From positions 1 to 30,359 of the forward strand of contig JBHIAV010000034.1 in the NCBI GenBank assembly GCA_046758745.1: a stretch of 30,359 nucleotides of DNA, written 5' to 3'. This document shows positions 1 through 7,523 of this stretch, in pieces. Every line of letters starts with the position of its first letter. Within the stretch, counting starts at the first letter, position 1. The notes beneath the pieces were generated by a model, which was not told where the DNA came from, ran no database searches, and saw only the letters and a list, made by a program, of their open reading frames with translations. This DNA is from Gemmatimonadota bacterium (GTDB taxonomy: Bacteria > Gemmatimonadota > Gemmatimonadetes > Palauibacterales > Palauibacteraceae). The translations under genes and the position numbers were made by a program.

Positions 1-24
1 GCGACTCACCCGGCGCAGGGATGA

Positions 25-1758
25 AAAACCAGAGCGGCCGCCCGTGAGATCGAGAAGGCGCGGCCCCGATGGAGACCGATCCGGCAGTTCTGGGCGCGCC
101 GCTACCGGAGCAAGGGAAACCGGGCGGAGGCGGCGAAGATCTACCGGGAGATCTACGAGGCCGATCGCACCCAGACGAGGGCGGCGCTCGCCGTCGCCGC
201 CTTCGAGGAGTCCCGGGGGCGTCACGAGGAGGCGATACAGATCTACCGGGAGCTGCTGGAGAAGGCGCCGATGGACACGAGCCTCCTCTGGTCGACGCTC
301 GAGGCCCAGCTGAGGCGCCGGCTCTACGATGCAGCCATCGAGACATCCCGCAGGATCGCCGAGGTGCAGCCGTGGAACGGACGCCCGCTGGCGAAGGCGG
401 GGGACATCAGCCGCAGACAGGGGGACCTCGAGGCGGCCGCGAGGCTGTACGGCGAGGCCTTGGAGATGAGCCCTGATGACGCCGAGCTGTGGCTCGAGTG
501 GGTGGACTTCCTGCAGGTGCGCCTCGCAGACGACGAGGCAGCCCGGAAAGCGCTCGAGCGCTACGGGGAGCGCTTCGGTCTCACGCCCGACCTGAGCTTC
601 CGCCTCGCTCAGCTGGAGGCGTGGGCCGGCCGGAACGCGGAGGCGCGTGAGCGGCTCGAGGCACTCATCGCAGAGGACCCCTCGAGGGCGGAGGCGTGGA
701 CGTTGCTCGGTGACCTGAGGCGCTGGGCGGGCGATCGGCCGGGAGCGGCGGACGCCTACCGGCGGGCGCTGGCCCTCGATCCGCAGAGCGAGCAGGCGGC
801 GGCCGGCCTGGCCGAGGTCCGACGGCAGACCGAGGCGGTCGTGGCGGCGCGCGAGCCGGAGGGAGCCGGTCCGCGGGCGGAAGGATTCCTCGACTCGGAC
901 GACTACCGGCGCTTCGATCTGGCAGGGACCAGCCGCTTCCGCTGGGGCGTCACCGCCCTACGGACAACAGCGGGATATCGGACACTGCGGGGGCTCGACC
1001 TCGGCGGGCTCAAGCGCACGGAGGAAGGCGTCTTCGGGGAGGTCGAAATCTCTCACTGGTGGCGCGAGGCCACCATCCGCACCGCCCTGTCGGGCGGGCT
1101 CGAGCACCTAGATGCGTTCGGCCTGGAGCCGACCTTCGGAGGGCTCTTGGAGATCCCGAACGCGGACGGATACGCGTTCTTCGCCCGCGCCACGCACGGC
1201 CCGGCGTACCCGATCACCCGAACCCTGGAGAGCGTGATCGAGCCTGTCTACGCCGACCAGCTCGCGGTGTCCCTCTACCACGCGCTCGGTGCGCGCTGGA
1301 GTGTGCTCTTCGTCGGCGATGCGACGCACCTGGCCCAGCCCGCCGAGGACAACTTCCGCTGGAACGGCGGAATCTCGCTCTCGCGCAGGCTCACCCCGGC
1401 CCTCAGCGCGGGCGTGGGATCCCGTTTCCTCTCCTTCGGTCGGCCCGCCACGCGCGTCGGCCTCCGGCGGCTCTATTGGGACCCGAGCGCCTTTTGGGCC
1501 ACCGATGTCTCGCTGGCGCTCCGCTCGCCCGGCCGCGAGGGATGGGGATACTACGCCAGCCTGGCCCCCGGTTTCGCCCTCATCGACGAGCGGGAGGTGC
1601 CGGGCACGGACCTCGTGCCCCAGATCCGAACGGAGGCCGGAGTCTCCTTCTTGGGGGAGCGGACTACCTTCTCGGCCGACCTCTTCTACGGGCGAGGACG
1701 CGAGCGGGATTACAGCTCCTTCGGTTTCGAGCTCCAGCTCTCGGTGAGACCATGGTGA
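25..1758 (+). CDS. TPR-repeat plus C-terminal outer-membrane beta-barrel protein (PgaA/BcsC/PelB-like polysaccharide export porin); 5' end incomplete or frameshifted
   Basis: ORF 271..1758 has several TPR-like repeats (e.g. AEAWTLLGDLRRWAGDRPGAADAYRRALALDP), then amphipathic beta-strands with a YWDP motif and a terminal aromatic residue (FELQLSVRPW). The same frame is open and TPR-like back to 25 (AEAAKIYREIYEAD, EEAIQIYRELLEKAP) but has a TGA at 22-24, no start codon and no signal peptide. It lies directly upstream of a GT2 synthase. Confidence 0.72.
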   Translation, partial: KTRAAAREIEKARPRWRPIRQFWARRYRSKGNRAEAAKIYREIYEADRTQTRAALAVAAFEESRGRHEEAIQIYRELLEKAPMDTSLLWSTLEAQLRRRLYDAAIETSRRIAEVQPWNGRPLAKAGDISRRQGDLEAAARLYGEALEMSPDDAELWLEWVDFLQVRLADDEAARKALERYGERFGLTPDLSFRLAQLEAWAGRNAEARERLEALIAEDPSRAEAWTLLGDLRRWAGDRPGAADAYRRALALDPQSEQAAAGLAEVRRQTEAVVAAREPEGAGPRAEGFLDSDDYRRFDLAGTSRFRWGVTALRTTAGYRTLRGLDLGGLKRTEEGVFGEVEISHWWREATIRTALSGGLEHLDAFGLEPTFGGLLEIPNADGYAFFARATHGPAYPITRTLESVIEPVYADQLAVSLYHALGARWSVLFVGDATHLAQPAEDNFRWNGGISLSRRLTPALSAGVGSRFLSFGRPATRVGLRRLYWDPSAFWATDVSLALRSPGREGWGYYASLAPGFALIDEREVPGTDLVPQIRTEAGVSFLGERTTFSADLFYGRGRERDYSSFGFELQLSVRPW

Positions 1759-1788
1759 ACGGCGAGAGAACGGAGCGAGGAGGCTGAG

Positions 1789-3105
1789 ATGGCCAGACGC
1801 CGACGGGTGCTCATCTCGGTGCTGCTGGTCTCCATCCTGGCGGTGGGATCGGTGCTGTTCATCCTGTGGGTCCTCCGCTCCCCCGACCAGGTAAGGGCTT
1901 TCCTCATTCGGCTGGTGCTCGTCAGTCTGATCATCTTTCTGGCGATCCTCTTCATTCGGTACTTCACCCTGCTGTGGTTCGGCTATCTGCAGCATACGGA
2001 GCGCGACGTGCAGGGCGAGGTGGTCGAGGCGGAGCTGCCACCCGTATCAGTGGTCGTCCCGGCGTACAACGAGGGGACCGTGATCGAGCAGGGGCTGCGC
2101 AGCCTGCTTGCCCTCGACTACCCGCTGTACGAGGTGGTCGTGGTGGACGACGGATCGTCGGACGACACCCTCGAAGTGGCGAGTCGCTTCGAGGGACGTC
2201 ACGGGAGCGTCGACGTGCGCGTGCTGACCAAGTCGAACGGAGGGAAGGCGTCTGCCCTCAACCTCGGGATCCGCAATTCCCGGCATCCGTTCATCCTCTG
2301 CATGGACGCGGATTGCTGGGTGGAGCCCCAGACGCTGCGGTTGGCGATGCCGCATTTCCGAGAGCCCTCCATAGGTGCGGTCGCCGGGAACGTCAAGGTG
2401 CAGAACCGCGGTCGGCTCATCACGCGCCTGCAGGCTCTCGAGTACATCGAGGGACTCAACATGCCTCGTCGGGCGCAGGGGTTCATAGCAGCCGTGAACA
2501 TCGTCCCCGGACCCGTCGGGGTGTTCCGTCGCGAGGCGCTCGAGGATGTCGGTGGATACGATCACGACACGTTCGCGGAAGACGCGGACCTCACGCTCAA
2601 GCTGATCACGGCCGGCTGGAAGATCGTGTACGAGGACCGGGCCATCACCTGGACGCAAGCGCCGGACGGGTGGCTTGACCTCGTGCAGCAACGATACCGC
2701 TGGACGAGAGGCATCCTGCAGGCTCTGCGGAAGCGAAAGGGCCTCTTCCTCCGGCCGTTCCCCGACCTGCCGCTGTGGCTCTCTGCCGCCGAGATGGGGT
2801 TCGAGGCGATCGTTTGGCCGATCATGAACGTCTACGCGCACCTCTTCTTCGCGGTCGTGGCCCTCCTGTTCGGGATGGGCGAGCTGCTCCTCTACTGGTG
2901 GATCCTGCTCACCCTGCTCGACCTGGTGGCGGCTCTCGTAACGGTGTCCATGGAGGAGGAATCGATCTGGCTGGTGCCGTATGCCATCGTGTACCGGTTC
3001 TTCTTCATCCTCTTCCTCGACGTGACCAAGGCCTTCGCCGCCGTCGAGGAGTGGTTCAGGCTCGGCATGGAGTGGGACAAGCTTCGCCGCGTGGCGACGA
3101 GCTGA
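1789..3105 (+). CDS. Processive GT2 glycosyltransferase, PgaC/IcaA (poly-beta-1,6-GlcNAc synthase)-like
   Basis: Two N-terminal TM helices; PAYNE, VVDDGSSD, NGGKASALN, DAD, EDADLT and QRYRW (D,D,D,QxxRW) motifs; C-terminal TM helices; no PilZ domain; RBS GAGGAGG just upstream of the ATG. The sugar specificity is inferred. Confidence 0.85.
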   Translation: MARRRRVLISVLLVSILAVGSVLFILWVLRSPDQVRAFLIRLVLVSLIIFLAILFIRYFTLLWFGYLQHTERDVQGEVVEAELPPVSVVVPAYNEGTVIEQGLRSLLALDYPLYEVVVVDDGSSDDTLEVASRFEGRHGSVDVRVLTKSNGGKASALNLGIRNSRHPFILCMDADCWVEPQTLRLAMPHFREPSIGAVAGNVKVQNRGRLITRLQALEYIEGLNMPRRAQGFIAAVNIVPGPVGVFRREALEDVGGYDHDTFAEDADLTLKLITAGWKIVYEDRAITWTQAPDGWLDLVQQRYRWTRGILQALRKRKGLFLRPFPDLPLWLSAAEMGFEAIVWPIMNVYAHLFFAVVALLFGMGELLLYWWILLTLLDLVAALVTVSMEEESIWLVPYAIVYRFFFILFLDVTKAFAAVEEWFRLGMEWDKLRRVATS

Positions 3106-3165
3106 GGCGCCCGTGCGCCGTTCCACCCGGATGCCGGATGACGGATTCAGTCAGGAGCGATTGAG

Positions 3166-3375
3166 ATGAACGTAGTCGACCTGCTCATCACGATCATCGT
3201 GGTGACGATCCTCGTGACCATCGTGTTGGGAGTGATGACCTACATCGCGTACAAGCTCCGGCTCGCGCGGCGTCCCTCCGGCGCGTCGGGGGCCGATTCC
3301 ACCGCCGGATATTTCATCCGGCACCTGCCCGAGGGGGCGAGCGGAGCCCCGACGACGGGGTCCGATGCCGCCTAA
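3166..3375 (+). CDS. Small single-pass membrane protein (69 aa), possible synthase accessory subunit
   Basis: AGGAG RBS upstream. A long hydrophobic helix (VVDLLITIIVVTILVTIVLGVMTYIAY) is followed by basic KLRLARRP. The gene sits between the GT2 and the deacetylase and overlaps the next start by 11 nt. Confidence 0.7.
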   Translation: MNVVDLLITIIVVTILVTIVLGVMTYIAYKLRLARRPSGASGADSTAGYFIRHLPEGASGAPTTGSDAA

Positions 3376-5257
3376 GGCGAACCCCGTCCCGCGCGCTCGC
3401 TCTGCGCTGCACTGGCTGGGCGGCCTGCTGCTCCTCGGCTTCTTCGCCGCCGGCGTGACCTCGGCCGCGGTCCTGCTGTGGGAGAACGTGGACATCCAGC
3501 GCCTCGCGCGCACGGCGGCGGCGGTGGCGCCGGAGAGCCCCCCGCCGGCTCTCCCGCCCAGCCCGGCGGCGGTCCCGCCTGTCTCCTTCGAGGCCGCGCT
3601 CTTCGTCTCCGAGGCGAGCGCGGCGTTCTTCCCCGACAGCTCGTTCTACCCGCGTGTTCTCCGCAGCTGGGAATCGCGGCTGGCGGAGGCGGGGGCGCGC
3701 GTGCGGCGTATCTCGAAGGCGGGCGACGTCTTGCGACTCCCGGCCGACGTCCTGGTGGTCGCGCCCGATGCGGTGTGCCTGGCACGCGGCGAGGTCGACG
3801 CGCTGCGCCGTCACGTCGGACGTGGCGGCGGGCTGGTGATCGACTGGGCGACGGGAGCCCGTGACGAACGGTGCAACTGGGTCGGATGGGAGCCCGTGCG
3901 ATCGCTGACGGGAGCGATCGATGTGGTGGAGATCGAGCCGCGCGAGGCGCTCTTCCTCACCCTCCCGGCCGGCCTTCCCCTCTCCGCCGGGCTCGATCCG
4001 GGATCGCGCGTCGAGCTGCGGCCGGAGGCTCACCTCGCTCTCCTCGCTACGGGGGCGCACGTGTATTGGTCGGACTGGGCGCTGAACCCGGCCCCGGCGC
4101 GCGACGGCCCGGAGGCGGATGCGGCCGCCATCCTGCGGAGCGCTCCGGGAGGCGGGCGCGTGGTGTGGTTAGGCTTTCGCGAGTCGCAGGCGGTGACCGA
4201 CCGCGATCGGGAGATCATGGGGACCGTGATGCGCAACGGGCTCAGGTGGGGAGTCGGCGTTCCGTTCGCCGAGATCGCCCCATGGCCCGACACCCACGGC
4301 GCTGCCCTCCTCATCCTGGAGGATGTGGAATCCGGCTTCACGAACGCGGCGCTCCTGGCGGAGCTGGCCCGGCAGAAGGGCGTCCCCGTCGCCTTCTTCC
4401 CCGTCTCCGGACTCGCGCGCCAGCACCCGGAGCTCGCCGCCGCGATGACGGCTGTCGGTGAGGTCGGGAGCCAGACGTCGGACCACCGTCCGGTGGCGGG
4501 GCTCCCCTACTCCGAGCAGGCTCTCCGTCTCCGGAGGAGCTGGTCGGAGCTCCGGGAGTGGTCCGGCCGGCAGCCGCGAGGCCTTCGCCCGCCGGAGGAG
4601 CGCTTCGATGAGAACACCCTGCGGGCGTGGAAAGAGGCGGGGGGCAGCTACGTGGTGGCGGTGAACAACGCGCGCTCCGCCGCCCCCGAGGTGTTCCGTA
4701 CGCCGGCCGGCCGCGTGGTTCTCCTCAGCCGCCTCGTGAAGGACGACTACAACGTCTTCGTGCAGGAGAGCGCGATCCGGAGGGAGCGCCTCGGCGAGGC
4801 CTACCTGGCGGGGATGCGCAAGCTGCGGGCGCTCGGCGGTCTGGCGGTCCTGGCTCTCCACTCCCAGATCGGCGGGACCGAGGACCGGCTGGATGTGGTC
4901 GGCGAGGCGATCGACAGTGCGCGCGCCGACGGCGGCTGGTGGCTCGCCACCGGCTCGGAGATCGCCGACTGGTGGGCGGTGCGTCACGGCGCCGACCTGG
5001 CCGTCGGGCTCGAGGCCGGCGAGCTCGAGCTCCGGGTGTCGGCGCCGCCGGACGGCACGCTCTCCGGGGCGTGGCTCGAGGTATACCTCCCGGATGCGGA
5101 GGCGGATCTACGGCCGTACGCCGGGGATCAGCCCCTCCCGTACGCCGTCACGGAGTGGGGCCTTCGGCTTCCGGTGGAGGCCCTCGCTCCGGGGACCGAC
5201 CAGCGGATCCGACTCCGGCCCGCCGAGCCGATCCCGGAACCGGGGGAAGCCTCCTGA
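3365..5257 (+). CDS. Membrane-anchored polysaccharide deacetylase (CE4/NodB-like) with N-terminal GATase-like/GH42-middle-domain-like region
   Basis: N-terminal TM and Pro-rich linker; alpha/beta domain (DVLVVAPDAVCLARGEVDALRRHVGRGGGLV...GRVVWLGF); NodB-like motifs LEDVE, GSQTSDH, LRPP, DDY and LALH; short beta-rich C-terminus. Confidence 0.75.
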   Translation: MPPKANPVPRARSALHWLGGLLLLGFFAAGVTSAAVLLWENVDIQRLARTAAAVAPESPPPALPPSPAAVPPVSFEAALFVSEASAAFFPDSSFYPRVLRSWESRLAEAGARVRRISKAGDVLRLPADVLVVAPDAVCLARGEVDALRRHVGRGGGLVIDWATGARDERCNWVGWEPVRSLTGAIDVVEIEPREALFLTLPAGLPLSAGLDPGSRVELRPEAHLALLATGAHVYWSDWALNPAPARDGPEADAAAILRSAPGGGRVVWLGFRESQAVTDRDREIMGTVMRNGLRWGVGVPFAEIAPWPDTHGAALLILEDVESGFTNAALLAELARQKGVPVAFFPVSGLARQHPELAAAMTAVGEVGSQTSDHRPVAGLPYSEQALRLRRSWSELREWSGRQPRGLRPPEERFDENTLRAWKEAGGSYVVAVNNARSAAPEVFRTPAGRVVLLSRLVKDDYNVFVQESAIRRERLGEAYLAGMRKLRALGGLAVLALHSQIGGTEDRLDVVGEAIDSARADGGWWLATGSEIADWWAVRHGADLAVGLEAGELELRVSAPPDGTLSGAWLEVYLPDAEADLRPYAGDQPLPYAVTEWGLRLPVEALAPGTDQRIRLRPAEPIPEPGEAS

Positions 5258-5498
5258 CGTCAAGACGGCCGCGAGGTCGCTCCCGGGTCTCTTCGGCTCC
5301 CGTCGTCCCCCATTTCGCCCACATCGCTCCGGGGCTTGTCTCCCCGCGCGGCGTGGCCCAACCTATCAACGTGCCGCCTTACCGCTCCTCGGGAGCGACT
5401 CGACCGACCGTGCCCCGTCGCGGACGGAAACCCGTGGCGGTGATCGGCGCGGCAAGGGCTCCGGCAGGGTCACCGGACATCGGCGTCGGGAGTGCACG

Positions 5499-7412
5499 TT
5501 GGGGAAGAACGACGTCAGGCGCGAGACGGACCGCCGGTCGCTGCGTGTGTTCACGCAGGGGCTGCTGCGAGACGTCAAGGCGCTCGAGCAGCTCCTCGAG
5601 AGGGGCCTGATCGAGTCGGGCGTCCGGCGCGTCGGCCTCGAGCAGGAGCTCTTCCTGATCGATCGGACGTGCCGGCCCGCACCGTTGGCCGAAGAAGCGC
5701 TCCGCCTCATCGAGGATCCTCGCGTGACGTGCGAGCTCGGCCGCTTCAACCTCGAGTTCAACCTGCCACCCCTTCGGTTCGGTCCGGACAGTCTCTCGAC
5801 CCTGGAAGGCCAGGTCAACGAGGTCCTTCAGCTCATCCGGGACGCGACGGTTCAGCTCGACACCGACGTTGTGCTCACCGGCATCCTCCCGACGCTTTGC
5901 AAGTCCGACCTGTCGCTCGACAACATGATGCCGGAGGACAGATACTTCGCGCTCAACGAGGCGCTCAACCGGCTGCGGGGAGGTCCGTACGACTTCCGGA
6001 TCAAGGGGACGGACGAGCTGAACGTGACGCACGACTCGGTGATGCTGGAGGCGTGCAATGCCTCCTGCCAGGTCCACTTCCAGGTGGGCCCGGCCGAATT
6101 CGCGAGGTTCTACAACATTGCCCTCGCCGCGACGCCGCCCGTCCTTGCGGTGGCGGTCAACTCCCCGCTGCTGTTCGGACGGCGACTGTGGCATGAGACG
6201 CGAATCGCCCTCTTTCAGCAGTCGGTCGACACCCGGAGCTCGATGCCGGATCCGCGGGAGATCAGCCCGCGGGTGAGCTTCGGCCGCTCCTGGGTCCACG
6301 AGTCCGTGCTCGAGATCTTCCGTGAGGACATCGCCCGCCTCAAGGTGATCCTGGAGCGGGAGATCGAGGAGGATCCGTTCGAGGCGCTGGAGAGCGGCCG
6401 CGCGCCCAGGCTGCAGGCGCTCCAGCTGCACAACAGCACCGTGTATCGGTGGAACCGACCCTGCTACGGTGTGGCCGACGGGATCGCCCAGCTGCGCATC
6501 GAGAACCGTGTGCTCCCCTCCGGGCCCAGCACGCTGGACGAGATCGCCAACGCCGCCTATTGGTTCGGGTTGGTCTCCGGGCTGGTCGAAGAGCACGCAG
6601 ACATTCGCGACGTGCTCGAGTTCGACGATGTCCGGACCAACTTCCTCGCGGCCGCACAGCACGGACTCGGCGCTCAGCTCACCTGGATCGGAGGGCAAAC
6701 GCTCACCGCCCAGGATCTCACTCTCGGGCATCTCCTCCCTCTCGCCCGCGAGGGTCTGCGGGCCGCCGGGATCGTGGAAGCGGACATCGACCGCTACCTG
6801 GGAGTCATCCAGGCGCGAGTGGAGAGCAGGCAGACGGGGGCGCACTGGATGCTGCGTTCTCTGGCGGCGATGAAGGATTGGGGCACCGTCGAGGAGCGGC
6901 TCGGTGCGCTGACTGCGGCGATCGTGTCGCGGCAGAGGGGCGGCGCTCCCGTGCACGAATGGACGCTCGCCGGGAAGACCGAGGGCGGAAGCTGGAAGCC
7001 GAACTACCTGCGGGTGGAGCAGTACATGACGACGGACCTCCTCACGGTGAACGAGGACGAACCGATCGAGCTGGTGGCGAACCTCATGGACTGGCACCGT
7101 ATCCGCCACGTGCCGGTCGAGGACAACCAGCACCGTCTGGTCGGTCTGGTCTCACATCGTCCCCTCCTCCGGTTCCTGGCGGGCGAGGAAAATCGTCGCG
7201 CGGACATCCCGGTTCCCGTCAGCCGGATCATGGAGAGAGACCTCATCACGGTGGCCCCGGAGACGCCGACGCTGGACGCGATCGACATCATGCGCAGGCA
7301 GCGCGTCGGCAGCCTCCCCGTGGTGCGGAACGGACGGCTGGTGGGGATGGTGACGGAGCGCGATTTCATGAAGATCGCGGGCCAGCTCATGGAGGAGATG
7401 CTGCGCGAGTGA
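5499..7412 (+). CDS. Glutamate-cysteine ligase family (GCS2-like) carboxylate-amine ligase fused to a C-terminal CBS pair
   Basis: Probable TTG start at 5499 with a GGGAG RBS 6 nt upstream, inside track ORF 4893..7412. Motifs GLEQE, ELGRFNLEFN, QVH, NSP and RIENR. Two CBS repeats (VEQYMTTDLLTV...IRHVPV...LVGLVS; VSRIMERDLITV...VGSLPVV...LVGMVTERD). Confidence 0.82.
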   Translation: MGKNDVRRETDRRSLRVFTQGLLRDVKALEQLLERGLIESGVRRVGLEQELFLIDRTCRPAPLAEEALRLIEDPRVTCELGRFNLEFNLPPLRFGPDSLSTLEGQVNEVLQLIRDATVQLDTDVVLTGILPTLCKSDLSLDNMMPEDRYFALNEALNRLRGGPYDFRIKGTDELNVTHDSVMLEACNASCQVHFQVGPAEFARFYNIALAATPPVLAVAVNSPLLFGRRLWHETRIALFQQSVDTRSSMPDPREISPRVSFGRSWVHESVLEIFREDIARLKVILEREIEEDPFEALESGRAPRLQALQLHNSTVYRWNRPCYGVADGIAQLRIENRVLPSGPSTLDEIANAAYWFGLVSGLVEEHADIRDVLEFDDVRTNFLAAAQHGLGAQLTWIGGQTLTAQDLTLGHLLPLAREGLRAAGIVEADIDRYLGVIQARVESRQTGAHWMLRSLAAMKDWGTVEERLGALTAAIVSRQRGGAPVHEWTLAGKTEGGSWKPNYLRVEQYMTTDLLTVNEDEPIELVANLMDWHRIRHVPVEDNQHRLVGLVSHRPLLRFLAGEENRRADIPVPVSRIMERDLITVAPETPTLDAIDIMRRQRVGSLPVVRNGRLVGMVTERDFMKIAGQLMEEMLRE

Positions 7413-7523
7413 GCGGAGGGGGGAGGTGAGGGCCGGAAGCGAGGAGAAGGGAACGGCGGACCCATCCCCGGCCGTTGTGTCCCGTGCCGCAGCCAGCCTG
7501 CAGCGCCCGCGTCGGCGGCGCCC

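Noticed and set aside
5403..5498. Resemblance to a c-di-GMP-I (GEMM) riboswitch (GGAAAC stem, GCAAGGGCTCCGG)
   Set aside because: The GNRA-capped P2, GCAAA junction, tetraloop receptor and P1 pairing cannot be assembled with correct spacing. Only an Rfam scan could revive it.
4893..5498. Long N-terminal extensions in the ORF track (GCL-CBS; also the PLP enzyme, OM barrel, SpoIID, rimO, ftsK, peptidase and polyprenyl synthase)
   Set aside because: They overlap neighbouring genes or promoters and are Arg/Pro-rich junk. Internal starts with an RBS or NTGA coupling fit better.
5379..7133. Long antisense ORFs (584 aa here; also 18126..19736, 20415..21872, 24628..26031 and others)
   Set aside because: These are shadow frames opposite well-supported genes in high-GC DNA, with no motifs or RBS.
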